Source: Tagaea sp. (GTDB taxonomy: Bacteria > Pseudomonadota > Alphaproteobacteria > CACIAM-22H2). From it: a stretch of DNA of 64,000 bases. Positions within the stretch are counted from its first letter, which is position 1. Each line of letters begins with the position of its first letter. Both the position numbers and the translations under genes were made by a program. The stretch covers positions 1,727,018-1,791,017 of the forward strand of contig CBDIIB010000005.1 in NCBI GenBank assembly GCA_965279525.1, read 5' to 3'. The notes below the pieces were generated by a model. It saw only the letters and a program-made list of their open reading frames with translations, was not told where the DNA came from and did not search any database. Below, piece by piece: positions 50,969 through 61,358 of this stretch.

Positions 50969-52388
50969 TCAAGCGATTCGCGGCAGCGTCAGGATCGCTT
51001 CGAGCCCGCGGATCGGCCGGTTGCGCAAAGTCACGTCGCCGCCATGGGCGCGCGCGATGTCGCGCACCACGGCAAGTCCCAGCCCCGCCCCGCCGGTTTC
51101 GCGCGAACGCGACGCTTCCAGGCGCACGAACGGACGGAACACGTCCTCGAGCCGGTCGACCGGGATGCCCGGCCCTTCATCGGCGACGGAAATCTCGATC
51201 TGCTCGGTAAGCGCCGCAAGCTTCACGTCGGCGTTGCCGCCATACGCGATGGCGTTGTCGACGAGATTGGCGAGTGCGCGCTTCATGGCACCCGCGCGTC
51301 CCTCGATGACGAGGCTTGCCGGGCCGGCATAGGCGACCGCGTGGCCGAGATCGGCGCGCTCGTCGACGACCGTCTCGACGAGGGCGGCAAGGTCGAAGCG
51401 CTCGGGCTTTGCCTCGAGCGCGTCGGCGCGCGCGAAGGCAAGCGTCTCGGCGATCATCTTCTCCATCTCTTCGAGATCGGCGAACGCCTTCAGCTTCTCG
51501 GATTCCTCGCCGATCCCCTCCGCGCGCAGGCGCAGGCGCGTGAGCGGCGTGCGCAGGTCGTGGCTGATCGCGGCGAGCAGGCGCGTGCGGTCCTCGACAT
51601 GGCGCACGAGCTGGCCGCGCATGCGCGCCAGCGCGTTGCCGATCGTGCGCACCTCGTTGGGGGCGCTTCGCATCGCGTCGAGCTGCGGCTCGAGGCCCGC
51701 ACCCGCGCGCGCCGCTTCGCCGGCAAGCGCTTCGAGCGGACGGGCGAGGCGGTGGGCGGCCCACCACGCGGCGAACGCGCGCCGACGAGGGCGGCCCCGC
51801 TCAGCCACGCGCCGAACACGATCCAGCCGACATCGATCGCCGAGCGGCGCGGGCGCACCAGCAGCCAACTCGAATCCGGTGCGCGGATCGCGATCGTGAA
51901 GGTGCCGGGAATGGCGCCGCCGACCGACTCGCCCCACACGCCGTCGTCGGGGGGCACGCGGCGGATGTGGCGGTCGGGTGCGGAAAGCGAGCCGCCGGGC
52001 GGGAACGAGAAGTCGACCTCGATGCGGAAGCCGGCGGGCAGGCGTTCCTGGATGCCGCGCTGGAGACGGCCGCTGCCGGTGCGCCGCAGGCGCTGCTCTT
52101 CGGGATAGGCGAAATCGCGCCGCCACTCGAAGGCGAGGAACTCCGCCTCGCCGCGCGCGCGCAACGCCGCCTCGCGCTGTCCGGGCGGGCGGGTGAACGT
52201 GTCGGCCGCGACGTCGACGACCGTCTCGACAAGCCAGCGCGCCTGGAAGACCTGCAGCTCGCTCGGCCGCAGCAGGAGTGCGATGCCCACCGCCGCGAGC
52301 TGGGCGAGCACGAGCCCGACGATCGAGATCGCCGCGATGCGTGCGGCGATCCCGTCGAACCAGCGGCGCGCGCGCGGCGTCGCCGCGC

Positions 52389-52390
<2 letters not shown>
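50969..52390 (-). pseudogene. EnvZ/CpxA-like sensor histidine kinase, disrupted by a frameshift (or sequencing error)
   Basis: The N-terminal TM and periplasmic region (RRWFDGIAARIAAISIVGLVLAQL...GAWLSGAALVGAR) is in one frame. HAMP, H-box (AAISHDLRTPLTRLRLRAE) and HATPase (GGAGLGLAVVRDIARAHGG) are in another. The switch lies near 51775-51795 in a GCGCGCG repeat. Probable TTG start overlaps the response-regulator stop (TTGA). Confidence 0.7.
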
Positions 52391-53124
<734 letters not shown>

Positions 53125-53273
53125 AGCGCCGCGCGGGCGCTGCCGACACACCCGAGGGTGTAACCGGGAGTTACACGATGGAACGGGTCGGTCATCGTCC
53201 GGCCGCGTTGTGGGACTAGAACGAATGCATCCGGTCCCTCGCTTCGTTCCAACCGCCCAGGAGTGAACCCGCC

Positions 53274-53729
53274 ATGAAAAAGCCCGTAATCGCAGCCTTG
53301 CTGATGTCGCTTGCCGCCGGTGCGGCATTCGCCCAGTCCCCGCCGCCCGCCGCCGGTCCCGCGGCGCGCGCACCGCACGACCGCATGTGCCGGGATACCG
53401 ACGCGCGCATCGCCTCGCGTCTCGCCTTCATCGAGGCGAAGGTGCAGCCCACGCCGGCACAGCGTGCGGCGTGGAACGCCTTCGCGCAGGAAAGCCGCGT
53501 GGCCGGCGAACCGATGAAGCGGCTGTGCGAAAATCCGCCCGCCCGTGCCGACCGCAACGACGCGGCTGCCAGCCTTGCGATGCGCGAACGCTTCGTCGGC
53601 GCGATGGCGGCTTCGCTCGCCACGCTACGTCCGGCGGTCGAACGCTTCCAGGCCGTGCTCGACGATGCGCAGAAGACCCAGCTGGCGCAGGCGCTGAGCC
53701 CGCGCGGCCGTTCGCGCCATCACCGCTGA
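53274..53729 (+). CDS. Spy/CpxP-family periplasmic protein (LTXXQ motif)
   Basis: 151 aa. Signal peptide, then two LTxxQ-like motifs (PTPAQRAAW, DDAQKTQLAQA). Divergently transcribed from the CpxRA-like two-component genes, the classical cpxP-cpxRA arrangement. Confidence 0.65.
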   Translation: MKKPVIAALLMSLAAGAAFAQSPPPAAGPAARAPHDRMCRDTDARIASRLAFIEAKVQPTPAQRAAWNAFAQESRVAGEPMKRLCENPPARADRNDAAASLAMRERFVGAMAASLATLRPAVERFQAVLDDAQKTQLAQALSPRGRSRHHR

Positions 53730-54679
53730 CGCAAGGCCGTCTCGACGGACGGAGCAAGGCATGCGGCCCACGCCGCGTGCCTTGCTGCCGTCGGATGGCC
53801 GGTGCCGCCCGATGCGCAGGGGGCGGGATCGCGCTCGAATTCCGGCTCCCGGCAATCGGCAAACGCGATGCCGCGCGCCGCGAGTGCCGGGATCAGCCAG
53901 TCGGGCGCATCGGCCAGCAGCAGCACCAGGAAGGCCGAGCCCGCGCTTTTCGCCGTCGCGGCCATCTCGGCGACGAGCAGTTCGGTCGCCGGACGGGCAT
54001 GATCGCGCCGGCCGCGGAACTCGAAGCGCTGCCAGGCCCGGTGCAGTTCGGTGACGATCGCCGAATGCCGCTCGAGCGGCCACGCGGCGTCGATACGCCC
54101 TTCGTGGCGCACGAGAATGCCGTCGGCCACGGTCACGTGCGGGGGCACGACATTGCGTCCTTCGGCATCGCGCAACGCGCGCACCCAGGACAGATGCGCG
54201 ACATTGCGGAACCGGTGGTCGCCGAAGAAGCCATAGACCGTCAAGCGCGGCGGATCGCCCGCGCGCATCTGCTGGACGAGCAGTGACTGGTACGTGCCGT
54301 AGCCGCCGACGCCGAGATTTTCGAACGCGATGCCGGGCAGCATTTCGCCAAGGCGCCAGACATAGGTCTCGCTATCCGCCACGCCGTAGCCCTGCGTGAT
54401 CGAATCGCCCAGCACGTCGACGCGCGGCGCGCCGGAAACGCTTTGGGTGCCGCTCGCGCGCTGGCGGTCGGGCCGGAACGTCATGGGGATGTTTCCGGCC
54501 TCGCTCGATTCGAAAACGCCCGGGCGGTTGCGCCAGCCAAGCGTCGCGTCGGGTTCGCTCCACCGGCCGCCGGCCGGCGGCTCGAAGCTGTTGGGCGCAT
54601 GGCCCGCGAAGCGCACGAGCGACTCGCCGGCAACCAGCGAAGCCGCCAGCGAGATCGATAGAAGCAGTCCGTTCTTCAC
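53720..54679 (-). CDS. SGNH/GDSL hydrolase family protein (secreted)
   Basis: 319 aa. Signal peptide and the GDSITQG block-I motif with catalytic Ser. Confidence 0.7.
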   Translation of the reverse strand: MKNGLLLSISLAASLVAGESLVRFAGHAPNSFEPPAGGRWSEPDATLGWRNRPGVFESSEAGNIPMTFRPDRQRASGTQSVSGAPRVDVLGDSITQGYGVADSETYVWRLGEMLPGIAFENLGVGGYGTYQSLLVQQMRAGDPPRLTVYGFFGDHRFRNVAHLSWVRALRDAEGRNVVPPHVTVADGILVRHEGRIDAAWPLERHSAIVTELHRAWQRFEFRGRRDHARPATELLVAEMAATAKSAGSAFLVLLLADAPDWLIPALAARGIAFADCREPEFERDPAPCASGGTGHPTAARHAAWAACLAPSVETALRQR

Positions 54680-54781
54680 GCCAAACCTTTGGAATCGATC
54701 AGAGATTTTCTCTGGCTAGCAACCGGGCAAGCGCCTAGGATGCGCGCCACAATCGCCATACAGACAGCGCATATAAATAGC

Positions 54782-55216
54782 ATGAGCCAGCCGCAGGGTT
54801 TCCACGAGGATTTCAAGCGCGACGAGGCCGTCGAGGGGTCGACCGATCGCGGCTTCGGCTTCGTGTTCACGGGCTTCTGCGCGCTGGTCGGCACGATCAA
54901 GCTGTTCACCGGAACGGCCGGTGTCGAATACTGGTTCGCCGCATCGGCCGCCTTCCTTGCCGCTGCCCTGCTCGCCCCGGGCCTGCTGGCGCCGCTGAAC
55001 CGGCTGTGGATGCGTTTCGCCATGGTCCTCTACAAGGTGATGAACCCTATCACGATGGGCTTGATCTTCTTTTTCGTCATCACGCCGATGGGGGTCGCGA
55101 TGCGCGCCTTCGGCAAGGATTTCCTGAAGCAGCGTGCCGATGCCGCAGCACCGAGCTACTGGGTGCGCCGCGATCCGCCCGGCCCGGCTCCCGAAACGAT
55201 GAAGCGCCAGTTCTGA
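54782..55216 (+). CDS. SxtJ-like small membrane protein
   Basis: 144 aa. MSQPQGFHEDFKRDEAVEGSTDRGFGFVF...MGLIFFFVITPMGVAMRAFGKDFLK...SYWVRRDPPGP matches the SxtJ-family pattern that accompanies carbamoyltransferases, recalled from memory. Confidence 0.5.
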   Translation: MSQPQGFHEDFKRDEAVEGSTDRGFGFVFTGFCALVGTIKLFTGTAGVEYWFAASAAFLAAALLAPGLLAPLNRLWMRFAMVLYKVMNPITMGLIFFFVITPMGVAMRAFGKDFLKQRADAAAPSYWVRRDPPGPAPETMKRQF

Positions 55217-55228
55217 AGGACGTCCGAG

Positions 55229-55381
55229 ATGCTGTCACTTGCCCGCGAACTCTGGGAATTCATGAAGGTTCGCAAGAAATTCTGGCTGCTGCCGATCCTG
55301 CTGATGATGGGGATCTTCGGCGGCCTGATCGTGCTGACCAAGGGCAGCGCCATCGCGCCCTTCATCTACACGATCTTCTAG
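55229..55381 (+). CDS. DUF5989 (SxtK-like) 50-aa membrane peptide, absent from the ORF track
   Basis: MLSLARELWEFMKVRKKFWLLPILLMMGIFGGLIVLTKGSAIAPFIYTIF. The KK(F/W)WLLPI and SAIAPFIYT(L/I)F signatures are characteristic of the DUF5989 peptides encoded beside NodU/CmcH-type carbamoyltransferases. Confidence 0.55.
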   Translation: MLSLARELWEFMKVRKKFWLLPILLMMGIFGGLIVLTKGSAIAPFIYTIF

Positions 55382-55388
55382 GAAACCG

Positions 55389-57226
55389 ATGCGCATCCTC
55401 GGCCTGTCCGCGTACTACCACGATTCCGCCGCCGCCCTCGTCGTCGACGGGCGCATCGTCGCGGCCGCCCAGGAAGAGCGCTTCACCCGCAAGAAGCACG
55501 ACAGCCGCTATCCATCGAGCGCGATCGCGTACTGCCTGGAAGCCGGCGGCATCGCGGCCGGCGACGTCGACCATGTCGTCTTCTACGACAAGCCGTTCCT
55601 GAAGTTCGAACGGCTGCTCGAGACCTACCTCGCCTTCGCGCCCCGCGGTTTCAAGTCGTTCCGCATGGCGATCCCGGTCTGGCTCAAGGAGAAGCTCTTC
55701 CAGAAGAAGCTGCTCGGCGACGAGCTGATGGCGGCTGCCCCCGAGTTCGACTGGGAGAACCGCCTGCTGTTCGCCGAGCACCACCAGAGCCATGCCGCCT
55801 CCGCCTTCTTCCCCTCGCCGTTCGAGGAAGCGCTGGTGCTGACGATGGACGGCGTGGGCGAATGGGCGACCACGTCGGTCGGGATCGGGCGCGGCAATTC
55901 GCTGGAGATGATCCGCGAGATCCACTTCCCGCATTCGCTGGGGCTGCTCTATTCGGCCTTCACCTACTACACGGGCTTCAAGGTCAATTCGGGCGAATAC
56001 AAGGTGATGGGCCTCGCCCCCTACGGCGAACCCAAATACGTGAAGCAGATCTTCGAGCATCTGGTCGACCTCAAGGCCGACGGTTCGTTCCGTCTCAACA
56101 TGGACTATTTCGACTACTGCACCGGCCTCACGATGACGAACGCGAAGTTCGACCGGCTGTTCGGCTCGCCGCCGCGCGGGCCCGAGCAGCGCCTCGACCA
56201 GCGCCACATGGATCTCGCCGCCTCGGTGCAGGCGGCCCTCGAAGAGATCGTGCTGCGCCTGACGCGTTCGCTGCAGGCCGAGACGGGCATGAAGAACCTG
56301 TGCCTCGCCGGCGGCGTGGCGCTCAATTGCGTGGCCAACGGCAAGGTGCTGCGCGACGGCAAATGGGACAATATCTGGATCCAGCCGGCGTCCGGCGATG
56401 CGGGCGGTGCGCTGGGGGCGGCCCTTGCGGGCTACCACCTGTTCAAGGGCGGTGCGCGCACGGCCGACGGCAAGAAGGATTCGATGCAAGGGTGCGTATC
56501 TTGGCCCCGAGTTCGCGCAAGACCAGATCGAGAAGCGCCTGACGGCGGCTGGCGCCAAGTTCGAGGTGCTGAATGATGAAGCGCTGATCCAGCGCGCGTC
56601 CGCCGATCTTGCCTCGGGGCTGGCGCTGGGCTGGTTCCAGGGCCGCATGGAATTCGGGCCGCGGGCACTCGGCGGGCGTTCGATCCTGGGCGACGCGCGC
56701 AGCCCGGCGATGCAGAAGATGCTCAACCTCAAGGTCAAGTACCGCGAGAGCTTCCGCCCCTTCGCCCCCTCGGTGCTGCGCGAGGACGTTTCCGACTGGT
56801 TCGAGATCGACTGCGATTCGCCCTACATGCTTCTCGTCGCCGACGTGCAGAAGTCGCGCCGGCGCGCGATGACGGCCGGCCGAGCAGGCGCTGTTCGGCA
56901 TCGACAAGCTCAACGTGCCGCGCTCGGACATCCCGGCGGTCACGCATGTCGACTATTCGGCGCGCGTCCAGACGGTGCATGCCGACACCAACCCGCGCTA
57001 CCACGCGCTCATTTCCGCGTTCAAGGCGGCAACGGGCTGCCCCGTGATCGTCAACACGAGCTTCAACGTGCGCGGCGAACCCATCGTCGGCTCGCCCGAG
57101 GACGCGTTCCGCTGCTTCATGGGCTCCGAAATCGAGCGCCTCGCGGTCGGGAACTGCTATCTGGTCAAGGACGTGCAGGACCCGGCGCTGAAACTCGACT
57201 ACAAGGACGCCTTCGAACTCGATTAG
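55389..57226 (+). pseudogene. NodU/CmcH-family carbamoyltransferase, disrupted by two frameshifts (or sequencing errors)
   Basis: Three consecutive frames each carry colinear carbamoyltransferase sequence: 55389-56490 (MRILGLSAYYHDSAAALVVDG...), 56490-56880 (AYLGPEFAQDQIEKRL...) and 56880-57226 (EQALFGIDKLNVPRSDIPAVTHVDYSARVQTV...). Switches lie at a GGG run near 56490 and in GGCCGGCC near 56878. Confidence 0.8.
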
Positions 57227-57281
57227 GCCGTTCGCCGGGCGGGCGTATACTTTTCGCGGTCCCGAGTCGAACCGGAATGTG

Positions 57282-57683
57282 ATGAAGAAGCCGCCGCCCG
57301 ATCCCAAAGCCGACATGTATCTCGCCAAGGCCAAGCGCTTCCGCCAGCGTGCACTCGGCTTCCGCCACACGCTTGCGCGCGACGACCTGATGCGCGCCCA
57401 CCGGCTCGAACTCGAGCAGATGGTGACCAACCTCGAAGGGGCCGCCCGCCAGCTCGAGCGCATGGCCGGCGGCGTCGATTTCGAGATGGAAAGCGACCTT
57501 GCCCGCGTGCGCGCCATCCGCGACGGCAAGCCGGTCACCGCCGACGAGGCGACCGAACGCTTCCTTGCCAACGCCCGGAAATACGCCGCCGCCAAGGGCG
57601 GTGCCGGCCGGCCGGCGACCACGCCGTCGCCGGGTCGCCAGAAGCCGCGTTCGGCCAAATACACCCGCCGGCCGGGGAGTTAG
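57282..57683 (+). CDS. hypothetical protein (about 133 aa, basic)
   Basis: MKKPPPDPKADMYLAKAKRFRQRALGFRH... No known domain. A GTG at 57279 is an alternative start. Confidence 0.4.
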   Translation: MKKPPPDPKADMYLAKAKRFRQRALGFRHTLARDDLMRAHRLELEQMVTNLEGAARQLERMAGGVDFEMESDLARVRAIRDGKPVTADEATERFLANARKYAAAKGGAGRPATTPSPGRQKPRSAKYTRRPGS

Positions 57684-57800
57684 GCCCGGGGGCTTGATGG
57701 CCGCCCGGGGCATGGCCATATTGTGGGGGAGGAAGTCGCCCGTCTTCGGGGGCTTCCGACCGAACGCAACCGGCATTGCTCGACGGGAGGGTGCCAGACG
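57684..57800 (+). promoter_or_regulatory. hsp20 leader: candidate heat-shock promoter plus structured ROSE-like 5'UTR (RNA thermometer candidate)
   Basis: CTTGAT...CCATATTG resembles a heat-shock promoter. The UTR contains nested hairpins (GGAAGUCGCCCGUCUUCGGGGGCUUCC) and a UUGCUC element immediately 5' of the SD GGGAGG, as in ROSE elements where UYGCU pairs with the SD. Confidence 0.35.
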
Positions 57801-58262
57801 ATGTCCCGCCTATCGCTTTTCAACAATCCGCTGCTGCTGGGTTTCGACGAGTTCGAGCGCACGCTCGACCGCATCGCCAAGCATTCCGGCGAAGGCTACC
57901 CGCCCTACAACATCGAGCAGATCGGCGAGAACGGCCTGCGCATCACGCTGGCCGTCGCCGGCTTCACGCTCGACGACCTGTCGATCCTCGTGGAGAACAA
58001 CCAGCTCGCCGTGCGCGGCCGCCAGGCCGACGAGCCGGGCCGCGTGTTCGTCCATCGCGGCATCGCGGCCCGCCAGTTCCAGCGCAGCTTCGTGCTGGCC
58101 GACGGCATCGAGGTCGTCGGCTCGACGCTCGACAACGGGCTGCTGCACATCGATCTCGTGCGCCCGAACCCCGAACCCAAGGCGCGCTCGATCCCGATCA
58201 AGCCGGGTGCCGGCGGGGCCGCGCGCAGCAAGACCATCGACCACGGAACAGGCGAGGGCTGA
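57801..58262 (+). CDS. Hsp20/alpha-crystallin family small heat-shock protein
   Basis: 153 aa. MSRLSLFNNPLLLGFDEFERTLDRIA N-terminus and ACD core (YNIEQIGENGLRITLAVAGF...LLHIDL) typical of IbpA/HspA-class sHSPs. Confidence 0.9.
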   Translation: MSRLSLFNNPLLLGFDEFERTLDRIAKHSGEGYPPYNIEQIGENGLRITLAVAGFTLDDLSILVENNQLAVRGRQADEPGRVFVHRGIAARQFQRSFVLADGIEVVGSTLDNGLLHIDLVRPNPEPKARSIPIKPGAGGAARSKTIDHGTGEG

Positions 58263-58264
58263 CG

Positions 58265-58504
58265 ATGAACATCGATTCTTCCCGCACCGCAGCCATGACG
58301 CCCGAAGCCTTCGCCTCGCTCGGCGTGCAGGGTGTCGCCTATGTCCGGCGCATTCTCGAAACCGCCGAAGCCAAGGGCAGCGAGCCGATCGTCGTGTTCG
58401 CGATCCATGCGGCCGACGGCGAGCGCATCGGCGGCGCGCATTCGCGCGATATCGCCTTCGCCGCGATCCGCCAGAACGGGCTGGAGCCCGTCGACGCGCA
58501 CTGA
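58265..58504 (+). CDS. DUF1150 family protein (sHSP-associated)
   Basis: 79 aa (MNIDSSRTAAMTPEAFASLGVQGVAYVRRI...PIVVFAIHAADGERIGGAHSRDIAFAAIRQNGLEPV). Hidden inside a longer six-frame ORF. ATG lies 3 nt after the hsp20 stop. DUF1150 genes typically follow hsp20 in alphaproteobacteria. Confidence 0.65.
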   Translation: MNIDSSRTAAMTPEAFASLGVQGVAYVRRILETAEAKGSEPIVVFAIHAADGERIGGAHSRDIAFAAIRQNGLEPVDAH

Positions 58505-58510
58505 GTTGTG

Positions 58511-58975
58511 CTAGGCGGCGTGGCTCGCCGCGTGTTCGCTGAGCAGTGCGAACAAGGCTTCGGCGCGATCGGAGCCGCGCAGCTTCTCGCACACGCGCCG
58601 GTCGCGCAGCAGGCGCGAGACGCGTGCCAGCGCCTTCAGGTGGTCGGCACCGGCACCTTCGGGAGCCAGCAGCAGGAAAATCAGGTCGACCGGCTGCTCG
58701 TCGATCGATTCGAAATCGATCGGCTTTTCCAGGCGCGCGAACACGCCCGACAGGCGCTTCAGCCCCGGCAGCTTGCCGTGCGGGATCGCGATGCCGTTGC
58801 CCACGCCCGTGGTGCCCAGCCGTTCGCGCTCCATCACCACTTCCAGGATCTGGCGCTCGTCGGCACCGGAAATCTCGGCCGCCTTCTTCGCCAGTTCCTG
58901 CAGCGCCTGCTTCTTCGACGTCGCGCGCAGGCTGGCGATCACGCATTCGGGTGACATGAATTCGGTGAATTCCAT
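58511..58975 (-). CDS. ptsN: PTS IIA-like nitrogen regulatory protein (EIIA-Ntr)
   Basis: 154 aa. Active-site His region GNGIAIPHG and conserved position downstream of rpoN-hpf. Confidence 0.88.
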   Translation of the reverse strand: MEFTEFMSPECVIASLRATSKKQALQELAKKAAEISGADERQILEVVMERERLGTTGVGNGIAIPHGKLPGLKRLSGVFARLEKPIDFESIDEQPVDLIFLLLAPEGAGADHLKALARVSRLLRDRRVCEKLRGSDRAEALFALLSEHAASHAA

Positions 58976-58993
58976 TTGGCTCTTATCCCGTTT

Positions 58994-59590
58994 TCAGCGC
59001 TTCGCGCCGCTGGCGTTTGCCGCACCCGGATCGATCCAGCCGATCGCCGCATCGGCGCGTCGGTAGACCACGTTGAGTTCCCCGTTGGCGCGGTTGCGGA
59101 ACATCAGGACCTGCTTCTGGCCCAGATCGAGGCGTGCCACCGCTTCGCCAACGCTGAGCGTGGCGATCTCGGTCGCCATCTCGGCGACGATGGGGGCTGC
59201 CGCCGGCTCGTTGGCGAGGCTCTCGGCCTCCGGTTCGATCACCGCATAGCGCGCGGCCTCGAACACGACTTCGTCGGCCGCCTGGTGCTTGCCGCGCTTG
59301 CGGTCGGCGATGCGGCCCTTGTGGCGCTTCAGCCGGTGATCGAGCCGTTCGACGGCCCCGTCGAATGCGGCATAGGGATCGGCCGCTTCGTGGTGGCTCT
59401 GCAGCGTCATGCCGCGCCGGACATGCACCGAGATGTCGGCGCGGAAGATATGGCGCTGGCGCTCGAACACGACCTTGCCCTCGATCGCCTTGCCGAAATA
59501 GCGGTCGACGGCACCGCCGAGGGCGGTTGCGACATGGCTTCTCAGCGAATCGCCCACGTCGAGGCGCTTGCCGCTCACGGACAGCTGCAT
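58994..59590 (-). CDS. hpf: ribosome hibernation promoting factor (long HPF)
   Basis: 198 aa. MQLSVSGKRLDVGDSLRSHV N-terminal RaiA/HPF domain plus C-terminal dimerisation extension. Confidence 0.9.
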   Translation of the reverse strand: MQLSVSGKRLDVGDSLRSHVATALGGAVDRYFGKAIEGKVVFERQRHIFRADISVHVRRGMTLQSHHEAADPYAAFDGAVERLDHRLKRHKGRIADRKRGKHQAADEVVFEAARYAVIEPEAESLANEPAAAPIVAEMATEIATLSVGEAVARLDLGQKQVLMFRNRANGELNVVYRRADAAIGWIDPGAANASGAKR

Positions 59591-59818
59591 GATTTCGATC
59601 TGCGTTTCGGTTGAAGGAAAAGGTTTCGGGACCAGCCCGCAACACGCCCACGTGCCCCATGACCCCTGGAATTGGCGGGAACATAGGGGCGCTGGCCGTT
59701 CTTCGTCAAGCTGGACGAAATGCTGCGAATTCGCATCAAGGCCCTACCTGGGAAAAAGCGTGCGCCCCGGCCTGCCCGGGGTCAAGCGGTTTCGCGCGCG
59801 TGCAGATGGCGCGCATTT

Positions 59819-61351
59819 TCAGAAGCCCGAACCTTTTTCGCGCCGGCGCTGGACCGACGAGGCGATCCCCATCGCTTCGCGATACTTGGCGACCGTGCGC
59901 CGCGCGATGTCGATGCCGCTGGACTTCAGCAGTTCGACGATGCGGTCGTCGGACAGCACCTCGCGCACGGTCTCGGCGTCGATCAGGCCCTTGATGCGGT
60001 GGCGCACCGCTTCGGCCGAATGCGCCTCGCCGCCGCCCGATGCCGGGATCGACGAGGTGAAGAAGTACTTCAGTTCGAAGATGCCGTGCGGTGTCGCGAT
60101 GAACTTGTTGGTCGTCACGCGGCTGACGGTCGATTCGTGCATGTCGATCGCCGCGGCGATGTCGCGAAGGACCAGCGGCTTCAGGTGGCGCACGCCCGAG
60201 CGGAAGAAGCCGTCCTGCTGGCGCACGATCTCGACCGAGACTTTCAGGATCGTCTGCGCGCGCTGGTGCAGCGACTTCACCAGCCAGTTGGCCGCATGCA
60301 GGCGCTCGGCGATGAATTCCTTTTCCTGCTTGTTCTTGACCGACGTCTGCACGCGCGCGTGATAGCGCGTGTTGACGAGCACGCGCGGCAGCGTGTCCTG
60401 GTTGAGCTCCACGATCCAGCTGCGGTCGGGGGCCAGGCGCATCAGCACGTCGGGCACGATGGGGCTGGCGAGCGCTCCGTCGAAGGCGAGGCCGGGCTTG
60501 GGGTCGAGCGTGCGGATTTCGGCGACCATGTCCTGGATGTCCTCGACATCCACGCCGCACAGGCGCTGGAGCTGGGCCACGTCGCGCTTGGCGAGCAGGT
60601 CGAGATTGTCGAGGAGCTTGGCCATGCACGGGTCGAGCCGGTCGCGCTCGCGAAGCTGGAGTGCGAGGCACTCCTTCAGGCTGCGCGCGAAGATGCCGGG
60701 CGGATCGAAGCGCTGGCAGCGCAGCAGCACGCGCTCGACCTCGTCCGTCGCGATCCCGAGCTTGTCGGCAAGTTCCGCGATGTCGGTCGTGAGATACCCG
60801 CAATCGTCGATCAGGTCGACGAGGCGTGCGGCGATGACGCGCTCGACCGGCTCGGCGAAATCCACGCCGACCTGGCCCAGCAGGTGCTCGCGCAGCGAGA
60901 CCTGCTTGGCGAGCGTCTGCTCGAGGCCGAATTCGGAATCCTCGAAATCCGAGCGCCCGCCGGTCCCCTTCCATTCGCCGAGGAACTCGCCCTCGCCGGC
61001 GGGTTCGTCGGCACCGCGCGTGAAGCTGTTGTCGTAGTCGATGTCGAGCGCGGCTTCCTTGGTCTCGGCGGCACCACCGACCGGGTCGAGCAGGCGCTCT
61101 TCGCCCGCCACGGTGGCACTTGCCGGCGCTTCGCCGGAGCCGGCGTCGGCGATCTCGGGGGCCGCACTCTCGGCACCCGGCTCGTCGCGCTCGAGCAGCG
61201 GGTTCTGCGACAGCTCCTCCTCGACGAACTGCGAGACTTCCTGGTTGGAGAGCTGCAGCAGCTTGATCGCCTGCTGCAGCTGCGGCGTCATGACGAGCTG
61301 CTGGCTCTGGCGCAGGTCGAGCCGCGGGGCGAGGCGGTTCATGCCGGCCAT
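59819..61351 (-). CDS. rpoN: RNA polymerase sigma-54 factor
   Basis: 510 aa. Region I (LRQSQQLVMTPQLQQAIKLLQLSNQE), core-binding region, and the C-terminal RpoN box (ARRTVAKYRE). Confidence 0.93.
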   Translation of the reverse strand: MAGMNRLAPRLDLRQSQQLVMTPQLQQAIKLLQLSNQEVSQFVEEELSQNPLLERDEPGAESAAPEIADAGSGEAPASATVAGEERLLDPVGGAAETKEAALDIDYDNSFTRGADEPAGEGEFLGEWKGTGGRSDFEDSEFGLEQTLAKQVSLREHLLGQVGVDFAEPVERVIAARLVDLIDDCGYLTTDIAELADKLGIATDEVERVLLRCQRFDPPGIFARSLKECLALQLRERDRLDPCMAKLLDNLDLLAKRDVAQLQRLCGVDVEDIQDMVAEIRTLDPKPGLAFDGALASPIVPDVLMRLAPDRSWIVELNQDTLPRVLVNTRYHARVQTSVKNKQEKEFIAERLHAANWLVKSLHQRAQTILKVSVEIVRQQDGFFRSGVRHLKPLVLRDIAAAIDMHESTVSRVTTNKFIATPHGIFELKYFFTSSIPASGGGEAHSAEAVRHRIKGLIDAETVREVLSDDRIVELLKSSGIDIARRTVAKYREAMGIASSVQRRREKGSGF

Positions 61352-61358
61352 GCCCCGC

